Assembly (NCBI GenBank): GCA_963761335.1
Contig: CAVXGR010000011.1
Location: forward strand, 416,001 to 480,000
DNA: 64,000 nt
Source of the DNA: an uncultured delta proteobacterium
GTDB taxonomy: Bacteria; Desulfobacterota; Binatia; HRBIN30; BPIQ01
Reading direction: 5' to 3'
The notes beneath the pieces are model-generated. The model saw only the letters and a list, made by a program, of their open reading frames with translations, did not search any database and was not told where the DNA came from. Shown piece by piece: positions 8,780-19,047 of the stretch; position 1 is the first letter of the stretch; each line of letters opens with the position of its first letter. The position numbers and the translations under genes are program-made.

Positions 8780-10624
8780 ATGGGCTTCCTCAATCCCCTG
8801 GCTCTGCTCTTCGGCGGTCTCATCGGCGTGCTCGTCCTCCTCTATCTCTGGGAGCGGCTGCGCCGCCGCGTTGCCGTGCCCTCGCTGCTGCTCTGGCAGG
8901 CGGTCCCGGAGGAGGCGGTGCAACGGCAGCGCTTCCGGCCGGAATGGCTGTTCCTGCTCCAATTGCTGCTTCTCGTCGCCCTGATCCTCGGGCTGGCGCG
9001 CCCCTATACGCTCGGGCGCAGCACCGGCCGCAGCGCCAGCTACACCATCATCATTCTCGACACCTCGGCCAGCATGCAGGCGCGCGAGGGCAAGCAGACG
9101 CGCTTCGAGCAGGCGCGGCAGCAGGCGCAGAAGATCATCCGCGACCTCGCTCCCGGAGACCAGGTGATGCTGATCACCGCCGCCGCCCGACCGCAGATCG
9201 TCTCCGAGTTCACGCCCGATCACCAGCGCCTGCTGAAGCTGCTCGACGGCCTGCAGCCGGTGGACACCGGAACCGAGCTGGCACCCGCCATCGCCCTGGC
9301 CATGCGCGCCCGCGAGCTCGCCCCCGAGCGCACCGACATCGCTCTGCTCAGCGACATGCCGGCCTCCGCCATCGACCCGCAGGAGCGAGCCTTGGTGCAG
9401 CGCTACCCCGTCGGCGAGACCAGCGACAATCTCGCGATCAGCGCCCTGCAGGTCTTCCAGGGGCCGTTCGAGGACGCCTCCGAGGCGAGAGCCTACGTGC
9501 TGGTGCGCAACTTCTCTTACGCCGAGCGTCACGGCGTGCTTTCGGTCAGCGCCGACGATCAGGTGGTCACGCGCACGGGCTTCACCATTCCCGGACGCGG
9601 CGCCCAGTCGTTCATGGCGCGAGACTTCCCGGGACCGGGGCTGCTCACCGCCAGCATCGACGTGCACGACGCTCTCGACGTCGACAATCGCGCCTACGGC
9701 TGGCTGCGACCGCGGCACCGGATCCGCATGCTGCTGGTCTCCCCGGCCTCGCCCCTGATCGGCGAGATCGACCACGTCGCCCGCTCGGTCGCCGGCCTGA
9801 GCCTCGAGCACATTTCCCCGGAGGCCTACCAGCCCGCCGACGCCGCGGCCTTCGACGTGGTGATCTTCCACCGCTTCGCGCCGCCACCACCGGCGGCGGC
9901 GGCGCTCTACATCTTCCCGCCGGCGCGCAACTCTGTCTTTCCGGTGAAGGAGCAGGCCGGGCGCGTCGAGGTCATGGACTGGGACGCCCAGCACCCGATC
10001 CTGCGCGACCTGCGGCCGCTGACCACACGGCCGCTGTCCTCCGCCGAGGTGGTGGAGCCGCCCAACGGCACGGAGACGCTGCTCTGGTCGCGCACCGGCG
10101 CCGGGGATTTCCCTCTGGCATTCGCCGTCAACCGGCCGCAGGGCCGGATCGTCTGTCTGGCCTTCGATCTCGAGGCCGAGCATCTCCTCGGCAACGACAG
10201 CATCGATCTGATGCTGTTCTTCCTCAACACTCTCGACTGGGTATCGCCGCAGAAGCAGCCCGTTCCGGCGGTGGTTTCCACGGGAGGAGCGCACACAGTC
10301 GACGGACTTCCCGACCGCCCGCTCCGCGTCGTCGACCCGCACGGAGTCACCGTGTCGCTGCCGGCCGAATCCCGTCAGGTCGAGACTGACGTCGCCGGGG
10401 TCTATCAGATCCACGCCGACGGCAGCAGCACGACCCTGATCGCCAACCTATTCGATGCGGGCGAGTCCGACATTGGCCGCGCGGCGCGCGACGTGCCGGT
10501 GCCACCGCCTCCTCGGGTCCTGCCGGCCCCTCCCCGCGACAAGAGCGAGATCGGCTGGTGGTTCTACGTGTTGGCCGCGGCGCTGATGGCGAGCGAATGG
10601 CTCGCCTGGAGGCTGTCGCGATGA
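8780..10624 (+). CDS. BatA N-terminal plus vWA domain membrane protein
   Basis: MGFLNPLALL...VPSLLLW...LARP, MIDAS motif IILDTSASM, C-terminal TM with EW motif. Confidence 0.9.
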   Translation: MGFLNPLALLFGGLIGVLVLLYLWERLRRRVAVPSLLLWQAVPEEAVQRQRFRPEWLFLLQLLLLVALILGLARPYTLGRSTGRSASYTIIILDTSASMQAREGKQTRFEQARQQAQKIIRDLAPGDQVMLITAAARPQIVSEFTPDHQRLLKLLDGLQPVDTGTELAPAIALAMRARELAPERTDIALLSDMPASAIDPQERALVQRYPVGETSDNLAISALQVFQGPFEDASEARAYVLVRNFSYAERHGVLSVSADDQVVTRTGFTIPGRGAQSFMARDFPGPGLLTASIDVHDALDVDNRAYGWLRPRHRIRMLLVSPASPLIGEIDHVARSVAGLSLEHISPEAYQPADAAAFDVVIFHRFAPPPPAAAALYIFPPARNSVFPVKEQAGRVEVMDWDAQHPILRDLRPLTTRPLSSAEVVEPPNGTETLLWSRTGAGDFPLAFAVNRPQGRIVCLAFDLEAEHLLGNDSIDLMLFFLNTLDWVSPQKQPVPAVVSTGGAHTVDGLPDRPLRVVDPHGVTVSLPAESRQVETDVAGVYQIHADGSSTTLIANLFDAGESDIGRAARDVPVPPPPRVLPAPPRDKSEIGWWFYVLAAALMASEWLAWRLSR

Positions 10625-13275
10625 AGGAGGTCGGCCTGTCATATCTGCTCCTGCATCCGTCGCAGATCGGCGTGATGCTGGAGAATCCATTCTTCCTCCT
10701 CCTCATCGCCCTCGGCGCCCTCTTCGTCTGGAGGAGTCGCGGTCGTCTGGAGCGAACGGCCGCGGCCTTCCGCATGGCGGCGCTGTCGTTTCTGGCGCTC
10801 GGCCTCGCCGGGCTGGCGCTGACCACCTCGCTGCCGGCGGAGCGCTCGACCTTGATTGCGGCCGTCGACCTCTCGGAGAGCATCGACGCCCAGGGTCGCG
10901 AGTGGAGCCTGCGCTTTCTCAACGAGGTCGCCCGCGCCCTGCCGCCGGGGGACGAGCTCGGCGTGGTGACCTTCGCCGCCGATCCCCGCGTCGTCCGCGC
11001 TCCGGGACCGCCGCAGGGGCTCGAGGATCTGCCGGCGCCGCCGGCGCGCAGCGCCACCGACATCGGCCGCGGTCTGGAGACCAGCCTGGCGCTGCTGCCG
11101 CCGGGGACCGCACATCGCGTCCTGCTCATCTCCGACGGCAACGAGACGCGCGGCAGCGCGCGCGCCCACCTGGGCCGTGCCCTCGCCGAGAACGCGCCGA
11201 TCTTCACCGTGGCGCCGCCGCACGCCGGCATCGTCGACGTCTCCGTGGACAAGCTGGCCGTGGCTCCGGTCGTGGTCGATGGCGTGGTGTTCCCAGTGCG
11301 CATCGTCGTGCGAAACTCGCACGGCACCCGACCCGGACAGCTCACCTTCTCGGTCGACGGCGAAGTCGTCGGTCGCGAGACGGTGGTGCTGCAGCCCGGC
11401 CTGAATGCGCTGGAGATCCCCTACCGCCTCAGCGGCGAAGGCAGCCATCTGCTGCGCGCCGAGGTCGACTGTCCCGAGGACGGCCTGCCGGGGAACAACT
11501 ACCGCGAGGCCGCGGTCACCGTCACCGGCCACCCGCACGTGCTGCTGCTGACCGCCGCCAGCAACTCGCCGCTGGCGGCGGCGCTGCGTCGAAAGGACAT
11601 CGACGTCGAGGTGCGCTCGCCGGCGGCGATTCCCGACGCCGAGGGCCTGCTCGCCTACCACTGCGTGGTGGCGGAGAACATCGACTCGGCAGACCTTCCG
11701 CAATCGGCGCCGGCGGCGCTGGAGCGCTATGTGCGCGATTTCGGCGGCGGCCTGGTGCTCGCCGGCGGGCAGCGGACCTTCGGCGACCGGGGACTGCGCG
11801 ACACACCGCTGGCGCGCGCCCTGCCGGTGACTCTCGAGCCGCAGCGCCAGCCGCCGCGCGAGCGCGACCCGCTGGCCCTCATGGTGCTGATCGACCGCTC
11901 CAACAGCATGGGATACGCGACCCGCGCCCGCGAGGATCAGGCGGTGCCGCAGCGCGACCCGAACGAGTCGAAGCTGCACTACGCCAAGGTGGCCGCTCTC
12001 ACCGTCATTCGCCAGCTCAAGGACCACGACTACGTCGGTGTCATCGCCTTCGACTCGCAGCCATTCCCGATCACGCCGCTGGAGCCTCTGGCGAAGGGCC
12101 GACAACGCCTCGAGGAGCTCATCCCGCTGCTGGTGGAGAGCGGCGGCACCGATTTCTACGACGCCCTCGATTCGGCGCGCCAGCAGCTCACCGATTCGCC
12201 GGTGGCCCGGCGACACGTGATCCTGCTCACCGACGGCGACACCAATCGCAACCCGGCCGATCACTACCCGCTCATCTCGGCGCTGGCGGCGGCGGGAATC
12301 AGCGTCACCACCATCCGCATCGGCGAAGACGTGGTCAACGTATCGCTGCTCAACGACATCTCCAGCCGCACCGGCGGCAACTTCTATCACGTCGAGGACG
12401 TCGAGAGCCTGCCCCGGCTGATGCTGCGCGACACCACCGCAGCGCTCGCGCAGACGGTGAGCGGCGAGCCGGAGATCCGGGCGCGCGCCGGCACGCCGAG
12501 CCAGATCCTGAGCGGGCTCGGACGCGACTTTCCGCCGCTCACCGGCTATGCGTTCTCGCGGGCAAAGCCGCGCGCCGACGTTCCCATCTACGTTGCCGGG
12601 CGCGCCGATCGCGAGCCGATCCTCGCCGCCTGGCAGTACGGGCTCGGCCGCGTCGCCGCATACACCGCCAATCCGGCGAGCGACGCGGAACGCTGGGTGG
12701 GCTGGGACGGCTATGGCAAGCTCTGGTCGCAGGTGGTGCGCTGGGCGATGCGCGAGCAGACGCCCTGGCAGTTCGTCTTCGAGGCGCACCGGCGGGAAGG
12801 CAAGACCAAGCTGTCGGTACGCTCCTTCGATCCGGACGGCGGCGGCGTGCTCTTTGCCCGCGTGCATGTGTCGGAGGAGGACAGCATCGACCTGACCCTG
12901 GCGCCGGTGGGGCCCGAGCGCTTCGAGGCGGAGCTGCCCGATCTCCCCGGCGGCCGCTATCCGGTCACCGTTCTCCGCCGCCGCGACACCGAGGAGCTGA
13001 TCCAGCGCACCGAGATGGTCTCGATTCCCGACACCGACGAGGCCCCGCAGGAGGAGTTTCGCACGACGCAGCCGAACACCGCCCTGCTGCGGCAGCTGGC
13101 GGCGCAGAGCGGCGGCAAGTTCGATCCCAGCACCAGGGATCTGGTCAGCCGCGGCAGCGGCACGCGCCAGCTGACCTACCGCCTGGATTTCATCCTCATC
13201 CCGCTGGCGATGGGCTGCTTCCTGGTCGACGTCGCCATCCGCCGCCTCGGCCTGGTGGGCACGGGGGGAGCGTAG
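10621..13275 (+). CDS. Double vWA domain membrane protein with glutamine-amidotransferase-like region
   Basis: VDLSES and IDRSNSM MIDAS motifs, LISDG and LLTDG, YVRDFGGGLVLAGG, WQYGLGRVAA. ATGA overlap with the upstream stop. Confidence 0.88.
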   Translation: MKEVGLSYLLLHPSQIGVMLENPFFLLLIALGALFVWRSRGRLERTAAAFRMAALSFLALGLAGLALTTSLPAERSTLIAAVDLSESIDAQGREWSLRFLNEVARALPPGDELGVVTFAADPRVVRAPGPPQGLEDLPAPPARSATDIGRGLETSLALLPPGTAHRVLLISDGNETRGSARAHLGRALAENAPIFTVAPPHAGIVDVSVDKLAVAPVVVDGVVFPVRIVVRNSHGTRPGQLTFSVDGEVVGRETVVLQPGLNALEIPYRLSGEGSHLLRAEVDCPEDGLPGNNYREAAVTVTGHPHVLLLTAASNSPLAAALRRKDIDVEVRSPAAIPDAEGLLAYHCVVAENIDSADLPQSAPAALERYVRDFGGGLVLAGGQRTFGDRGLRDTPLARALPVTLEPQRQPPRERDPLALMVLIDRSNSMGYATRAREDQAVPQRDPNESKLHYAKVAALTVIRQLKDHDYVGVIAFDSQPFPITPLEPLAKGRQRLEELIPLLVESGGTDFYDALDSARQQLTDSPVARRHVILLTDGDTNRNPADHYPLISALAAAGISVTTIRIGEDVVNVSLLNDISSRTGGNFYHVEDVESLPRLMLRDTTAALAQTVSGEPEIRARAGTPSQILSGLGRDFPPLTGYAFSRAKPRADVPIYVAGRADREPILAAWQYGLGRVAAYTANPASDAERWVGWDGYGKLWSQVVRWAMREQTPWQFVFEAHRREGKTKLSVRSFDPDGGGVLFARVHVSEEDSIDLTLAPVGPERFEAELPDLPGGRYPVTVLRRRDTEELIQRTEMVSIPDTDEAPQEEFRTTQPNTALLRQLAAQSGGKFDPSTRDLVSRGSGTRQLTYRLDFILIPLAMGCFLVDVAIRRLGLVGTGGA

Positions 13276-13288
13276 TCGTGGAGGAAGA

Positions 13289-14284
13289 ATGAAGATCGTC
13301 GCCTTCTTTCATCTCAACGAGGTCAAGTGGGCGCTCGCCGATGCCGACCGCCGGCGCCTCGAGGAGCGCTTTCCCGGCGCGCGGGTGATCTCCGTGGAGG
13401 ACAGCGCCGATCTGCGGCGCCAGCTCGCCGACGCCGACGTCTTCCTCGGCTGGGTGTTGCCGCAACGGCACTTCGCCGCCGCCAAGCGGCTGCGCTGGAT
13501 GCAGTCGGCCTCCGCGGGAATCGAGGCGAACCTGTATCCGGCGATGCTGGAGAGCGACGTCCTGCTCACCAGCGCCGCGGGAATCCATACGATCTCCATC
13601 CCCGAGCACGTCATCGGCCAGATGGCGATCCTGGCGCGCAACTTCCACCAGGCGCTGCGGCAGCAGGCGAAGGCGGAGTGGAATCGCTTCGGCGTCATCA
13701 GCTTCGCCGGCGGGGTGCGCGAGCTGCACGGCAGCGCTCTGGCGATTCTCGGCGCCGGACCGATCGGCGGCTCGCTCGCCGCGCTCGCCGCCGGCCTCGG
13801 CATGCGCGTGCGGGTGCTGCGCCGCAACCCCTCGCAGCCGGTGGCCGGCGCCGAGGCGGTGCTCGGCCCCGGCGACCTGCACGAGCTTCTCGGCTGGGCA
13901 GACTGGGTAGTCTGCGCCCTGCCGCTCACCGCAGAGACCACCGACCTGATCGACGCAGCGGCGATCGCGGCGATGCGTTCCGATGCCTTTCTGATCAACA
14001 TCGGGCGCGGCGAGACAGTCGACGAGGAGGCGCTGCTCGAGGCGCTGCGCCGCGGCGGGATTGCCGGCGCCGCTCTCGACGTCTTCCGGGAGGAGCCGCT
14101 GCCGCCCGGTCACCCCTTCTGGTCGCTGCCCAACCTGGTGATCACGCCGCACATCTCCGGCTACACGCCCAAGTACATGCAGGCGGTCCTGGCCCTGTTC
14201 GAGGACAACCTCGCCCGCTTCCTCGCCGGAAGGCCGCTGCGCAACCTGGTCGACAAGCGACTGGGCTACGCGCCGGGGAGCTGA
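13289..14284 (+). CDS. D-2-hydroxyacid dehydrogenase
   Basis: GAGPIG, INIGRG, ALDVF, ITPHISG. Confidence 0.93.
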   Translation: MKIVAFFHLNEVKWALADADRRRLEERFPGARVISVEDSADLRRQLADADVFLGWVLPQRHFAAAKRLRWMQSASAGIEANLYPAMLESDVLLTSAAGIHTISIPEHVIGQMAILARNFHQALRQQAKAEWNRFGVISFAGGVRELHGSALAILGAGPIGGSLAALAAGLGMRVRVLRRNPSQPVAGAEAVLGPGDLHELLGWADWVVCALPLTAETTDLIDAAAIAAMRSDAFLINIGRGETVDEEALLEALRRGGIAGAALDVFREEPLPPGHPFWSLPNLVITPHISGYTPKYMQAVLALFEDNLARFLAGRPLRNLVDKRLGYAPGS

Positions 14285-14364
14285 GGAGGGGGGAGGCCGT
14301 CCCGGGGGTTGAAGAGGCGGTCTCGAAGCCCCGGCAAGACGACTCCCGCCGGCTCGCGGGCCGA

Positions 14365-14414
14365 GTAGAAGCGGCGTCTCGCCGCTTCGGAAAGCGCCGG
14401 GACGGCGCTTCTAC
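14365..14414. repeat. GTAG-type REP doublet (REPIN) nested in an outer fold-back spanning about 14305-14445
   Basis: GTAG-AAGCGGCG-TCT-CGCCGCTT followed by an inverted GTAG-AAGCGCCG-TCC-CGGCGCTT. Confidence 0.85.
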
Positions 14415-14471
14415 TTTGGCTTTGAGACATCCTCTTCAATCCCCGGCGAGGTGGCGCCGCCAGGCGCGATT

Positions 14472-15380
14472 TCACACCCGCTCTGCCACCCGCAGCTTGG
14501 CGCTGGCGGAGCGCGGGTTGGCGCGGATCTCGTCGTCGCTGGGGCGCAGCGGGCGCTTGGTGAGAATCTTCAGGCGCCCGACGCGCTGCTGCTCGAGGAA
14601 GAAGCGCTTGACGATGCGGTCCTCGAGCGAATGGAAGGAGATCACCGCGATCCGGCCGCTGGGCGCGAGGAGCTCGACAGCCTGCGGCAGCGCCGCCGAG
14701 ATGGTGTCGATCTCGTCGTTGACGGCGATGCGCAGCGCCTGAAAGATTCGCGCGGCGCTGCGGCCGGCGCGGCCGCGCTCCTTTCCGGGAAGCACCTGGG
14801 TGACGATCTCGACGAGCTGGGCCGTGGTTGCCAACGGCTCCCGCTGCCGGTGAGCCACGACGCTGCGGGCGACGCGCGAGGCAAAGCGCTCCTCGCCGTA
14901 GTCGCGAAACAGCTCGGTCAGCTCCGCCGCCGAGCGCCTCGCCAGGATGTCGGCCGCCGTCGGGCGAGTGGCATCGGCGGGGTCGAAACGCAAATCGAGC
15001 GGCTCGTCGCCGCGGATGCTGAAGCCGCGGCCGCTGTGGTCGAGGTGATGGGAGCTCAGGCCGAGGTCGAAGAGGATCGCCTGCACTCCGGCAAAACCGA
15101 ACCGCGCCGCGATCTCCCCGAGGTCGCCGAAGCTGCCCGTCGCCACCCGCAGGCGGCCGCAGCGCGCCGCTTCGGCGAGGCGCTCCTGCACCGCCGCGGC
15201 CATGTCGGGATCGCGGTCGATGCCGAGGAGAGAGCCCGTCGGGCCGATGTGCTCGAGGAGCACCGCGGCATGACCGCCGCCGTCGATGGTGGCATCGATC
15301 ACCCGGCCGCCGCGCGGAACGTCGAGGAGACCCATCACCTCGGCGAGCATCACCGGAACGTGCACGGGCGCTTCAGTCAT
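14472..15380 (-). CDS. rsmH: 16S rRNA (cytosine1402-N4)-methyltransferase
   Basis: HVPVM, DATIDGGGH, FDLGLSS, PLDLR, YGEERFA, FQALRIAVNDE, ISFHSLEDRIVK, NPRSASAKLR. Confidence 0.95.
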   Translation of the reverse strand: MTEAPVHVPVMLAEVMGLLDVPRGGRVIDATIDGGGHAAVLLEHIGPTGSLLGIDRDPDMAAAVQERLAEAARCGRLRVATGSFGDLGEIAARFGFAGVQAILFDLGLSSHHLDHSGRGFSIRGDEPLDLRFDPADATRPTAADILARRSAAELTELFRDYGEERFASRVARSVVAHRQREPLATTAQLVEIVTQVLPGKERGRAGRSAARIFQALRIAVNDEIDTISAALPQAVELLAPSGRIAVISFHSLEDRIVKRFFLEQQRVGRLKILTKRPLRPSDDEIRANPRSASAKLRVAERV

Positions 15381-15489
15381 GCGCTCCGGCAGCGGGTTGG
15401 CGCGTTGGCGAGTTTTCTGGTTGGCGGGTTCCTCCCATAGGACGGTTGGATAGCCGCAAATGAACGCGGATGCACGCCGGCGGCGTAAA

Positions 15490-15539
15490 GGAGAAGCGCC
15501 GTCCCGGCGCTTCCCGAAGCGGCGAGACGCCGCTTCTAC
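15490..15539. repeat. REP doublet, inverted relative to the 14365 copy
   Basis: GGAGAAGCGCCGTCCCGGCGCTTCCCGAAGCGGCGAGACGCCGCTTCTAC. Confidence 0.85.
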
Positions 15540-15749
15540 CTGGCCCGCGCGCCGGCGAATTGGCTTGCCCACGAAACCCGCAGGCCGAGCCCCAATTTCG
15601 CCCCTTTCACGCCGCTGTCATCGGCGCGTCATCGAGCCGCAACACGAGAGGAATAGAGTGCCCTTTTGCTCGCCCACTCGCTCTTATCGGCCGTGGCGAT
15701 GTGCTACATTCGCGGCCGTGGGGATGGCAGAGGTGGGGTGAGCCCAGGT

Positions 15750-17288
15750 ATGCGCATTGCGGCAATCGACGTAGGCAGCAACTCCATTCACATGGTCGTT
15801 GCGCAAGTGGAATCCGACGGTCGGTTTCACGTCCTCGATCGGGCCAAGGAGATGGTGCGCCTGGGACAGCAGAGCCTCAACAAGGGCCGTCTCTCCCCGG
15901 ACGCCATCGACGCCGGCACGCGCACCCTGGCGGCATTTCGCACGCTCGCCGAACGGCAGGGCGCCGTGCGCTTCAAGGCCGTGGCCACCAGCGCCGTGCG
16001 CGAGGCGGCCAACGGCGGCGACTTCATCCGCAACGTGGAGCGCAAGATCGGCCTTCGAATCCGCGTCATCCCCGGACGGGAAGAGGCACGGCTCGTCTAT
16101 CTCGGCGTGCGCCACGCCATCGATCTGCGCGGCGGCCCGTCCCTGATCGTCGATGCCGGCGGCGGCAGCGTCGAGCTGGTGCTGACCGAGGACGGGCGCG
16201 CCGTATCGCTGCACAGCGCCAAGCTCGGCGTCTCCCGGCTGAGCGAGAAGTATCTGATCTCGGATCCGCCGAGCTCCAAGGAGCTGGCCCGATTGGAAAG
16301 CCGGCTGGCGGAAGAGCTCGACCCCGTCTTCAGCGAGATCGGCTCGCGCCCTATCCGCAGGGTGATCGCCACCTCGGGAACTCTGCTCAACCTGATCTCC
16401 ATCGCCGGACATCTGCGCGGTGAGCCTCCCAACGGGCACCTCAACGACTTCCGGGTCACCCCGGAGGAGATCAGCCGCTTGCGCCGGCTACTGGCGAAAT
16501 CGACGCGCGCCGAGAGACTGCGCGTCAAGGGACTGGACGGCAAGCGCATCGACTTCATCGTCGCCGGCGCCTGCCTCGCCGACTACGTGCTGCGCCGTCT
16601 GCAGGCCAAGGAGATGGTCGCCTGCACCTGGGCACTGCGCGAGGGCGTCCTCCTCGACTTCATTTCCCGCCATCGCAAGGGCATCGAGGAGATCGAGCGC
16701 TTCGGCGACCTGCGCCAGCGCAGCATCGTCCGCCTGGCCCGCCACCTGGGGCACGACGACAAGCACGGCCAGCACGTGGCGGAGCTGTCGCTGCGCCTCT
16801 TCGATCAGCTGAAAGAAGAGCTTCAGCTCAAAAAGCCGGCCCGCCAGTGGCTCGAGTTCGCCGCCCGCCTGCACGACATCGGCCACCACATCGATCACAA
16901 GAACCACCACCGCCACTCGTACTACCTGATCACCAACGCCGAGCTGCTCGGCTTTCGCCGGCCCGAGCTGGAGATCATCGGTCTCATCGCCCGCTATCAC
17001 CGCAAGGGCGCTCCCAAGGATTCGGACCCGGAGTTCGGCGTCCTCGGAAATCGCGACCGCCAGGTGATCCGCGCTGCCAGCGGCATTCTTCGCCTGGCGG
17101 ACGGCCTCGACCGCAGCCGTTACGGCGTCGTGCGCGACGTCACCGTCGCCCGGCGCGGCGATCGCCTCATCCTGCAGCTCCACACCGAGGGGGAGGACGC
17201 CGCCCTGGAGATCTGGGAGGCACGGCGGCGCGCCGGCCTCCTGGAGCAGACCCTCGGCCGCGAGATCGACTTTCAGATCGTCCCCTGA
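15750..17288 (+). CDS. ppx: Ppx/GppA exopolyphosphatase with HD domain
   Basis: AAIDVGSNS, ATSAVREA, GREEARL, DAGGGS, ALREG, LHDIG. Confidence 0.93.
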   Translation: MRIAAIDVGSNSIHMVVAQVESDGRFHVLDRAKEMVRLGQQSLNKGRLSPDAIDAGTRTLAAFRTLAERQGAVRFKAVATSAVREAANGGDFIRNVERKIGLRIRVIPGREEARLVYLGVRHAIDLRGGPSLIVDAGGGSVELVLTEDGRAVSLHSAKLGVSRLSEKYLISDPPSSKELARLESRLAEELDPVFSEIGSRPIRRVIATSGTLLNLISIAGHLRGEPPNGHLNDFRVTPEEISRLRRLLAKSTRAERLRVKGLDGKRIDFIVAGACLADYVLRRLQAKEMVACTWALREGVLLDFISRHRKGIEEIERFGDLRQRSIVRLARHLGHDDKHGQHVAELSLRLFDQLKEELQLKKPARQWLEFAARLHDIGHHIDHKNHHRHSYYLITNAELLGFRRPELEIIGLIARYHRKGAPKDSDPEFGVLGNRDRQVIRAASGILRLADGLDRSRYGVVRDVTVARRGDRLILQLHTEGEDAALEIWEARRRAGLLEQTLGREIDFQIVP

Positions 17289-17303
17289 TCCGCCGGTGAT
17301 GCG

Positions 17304-19001
17304 ATGGAACACGAGGAGGAGGCGGCCAAGGACCGCCAGCGGGCAGCGACTGCCGAATCGCCCCCGCCGAGCGGCGGCGGGGAAGAGGGCGGCATCCCCA
17401 ACGAGATCGAGGCCAAGCTGCTGGTTCCGCGCGACCGCGACATGCGCGCCATCGCCCGGCTGCGCCAGCTCGGCCCCTGGAAAGTGCAGCCGCTCGACAC
17501 CGCCAACCTGCACACCGTTTACCTCGACACTCCCGAGCTGACCCTGGCGCACAATGGTGTGGCGCTGCGCCTGCGACGGAAGCGGCGGCGGTGGGAGATG
17601 ACGGCAAAATGGTCGGGGATCGTCGCCGGCGTGACCCATGCGCGCCCGGAGCTGACCGTGCCTCTGGAGGGAGCTCCGCAGACGCCGCTGCAGGTTCCCT
17701 CGGGTCCGCTGGCGACACAGCTCGCGGCGCTGGTCGCCGGGCGCCCGCTGCGTCCGATCGTCATCAGCGATGTGCGCCGGCGGCTCGCGCACCTGGTGCG
17801 CGAGACCGACAAGGAGAATGCAGGGCCGGTCGCCGAGCTGGCTCTGGACCGCGTGCGCCTGCGCGCCGCCGACCGACCGGAGGTGGAGCGAACCTACTTC
17901 GAGGTCGAGATCGAGCTCATGCAGGGCAGCCGCGAGGAGCTGGAAGAGGCCGCCGCCCTCCTGCAGCGCGATTTCGGCCTGCGCCCGTCCGCCGACTCGA
18001 AGTTTGCCCGCGGCCTCCAGCTGGCGGTCGGCAGAGACTTCTCGACGGAGCCGGTGCCGGTGCTTCCCGCCGACACCGTCGAGCAGACCCTGCGCAAGAC
18101 CATGGCGCTGCACCTGCGGCGCCTGCGGCAAAACGATCCCGGCACTCGCAGCGGCAGAGACGTGGAGGCGGTCCACGACATGCGGGTCTCCTGCCGGCGG
18201 CTGCGGGCGGTGGTGCGCGCCCTTCCTGGCGCGCCTCCTCGTCAGGCCGAACATTTCGAGAGCGAGCTGCGCTGGCTCGGACAGACGCTGGGGGCCGTGC
18301 GCGACATGGACGTGCAGATCGCGCTGGTAGAGCGCTACTGCGCCTCCGTCCCCGAGGATCAACGCCTCGGGCTCGGCGGCTTCCGCGCCCATCTGGACGG
18401 CGAACGCCAGCAGCGTCGCGCCGTGATCCTGCGGGCGCTCGACTCGAAACGATACTTTCGCCTGCTCATCCAGCTGGAGCGCTTCTCGCTGGCGACTCCT
18501 CGCCATCCCTCGCGCCGCCCGGAGGTGCGGGAACCGATCGCCCGGGCGGGAGGCGCGGCGATCGAACGCGCTTTTCGGCGGCTCTACAAGCGCGGCCAGA
18601 AGATCGGCAGCGCCCCTCGCCCCGAAGACCTGCACGAGCTGCGCATGCGCGCCAAGCGCCTCCGCTATATTCTCGAGTTCCTGCGCGATATCACCGGCAA
18701 GCCGGGCCGCCGGCTGGTTCGCCAGCTGATCTCTCTGCAGGACCTGCTGGGGGCCCACCAGGATTCAGTGGTCTCCGCCGAGGTCGTCTACCAGTACGTC
18801 AGCACCCGCGGCGACGAGCTGAAGCCGGGGCCCCTGCTGGCCCTCGGCAACTTCATGGGCTCACAGCGGCAGCTCGCCGAGGAGGCCCGCGCCCGTTTTC
18901 ACCGAGAGTGGAGACGCTTCTCGCGCAAGCGCACCCGCCGCATTCTGCGCCGCCTCCTCGAGCGTCTCGACGGCCAGCTCGAAGCCCCACCGCCCGCATA
19001 G
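17304..19001 (+). CDS. CYTH plus CHAD domain protein (polyphosphate-associated)
   Basis: EIEAK, YLDT...LRLR, EVEIEL (CYTH); VHDMRV..RRLR, LHELR..AKRLRY, LQDLLG..QD (CHAD). Confidence 0.93.
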   Translation: MEHEEEAAKDRQRAATAESPPPSGGGEEGGIPNEIEAKLLVPRDRDMRAIARLRQLGPWKVQPLDTANLHTVYLDTPELTLAHNGVALRLRRKRRRWEMTAKWSGIVAGVTHARPELTVPLEGAPQTPLQVPSGPLATQLAALVAGRPLRPIVISDVRRRLAHLVRETDKENAGPVAELALDRVRLRAADRPEVERTYFEVEIELMQGSREELEEAAALLQRDFGLRPSADSKFARGLQLAVGRDFSTEPVPVLPADTVEQTLRKTMALHLRRLRQNDPGTRSGRDVEAVHDMRVSCRRLRAVVRALPGAPPRQAEHFESELRWLGQTLGAVRDMDVQIALVERYCASVPEDQRLGLGGFRAHLDGERQQRRAVILRALDSKRYFRLLIQLERFSLATPRHPSRRPEVREPIARAGGAAIERAFRRLYKRGQKIGSAPRPEDLHELRMRAKRLRYILEFLRDITGKPGRRLVRQLISLQDLLGAHQDSVVSAEVVYQYVSTRGDELKPGPLLALGNFMGSQRQLAEEARARFHREWRRFSRKRTRRILRRLLERLDGQLEAPPPA

Positions 19002-19047
19002 CGGCGGGACGCTTGACCGCGTCGCCACGACTGGCAAACATCCTTCC

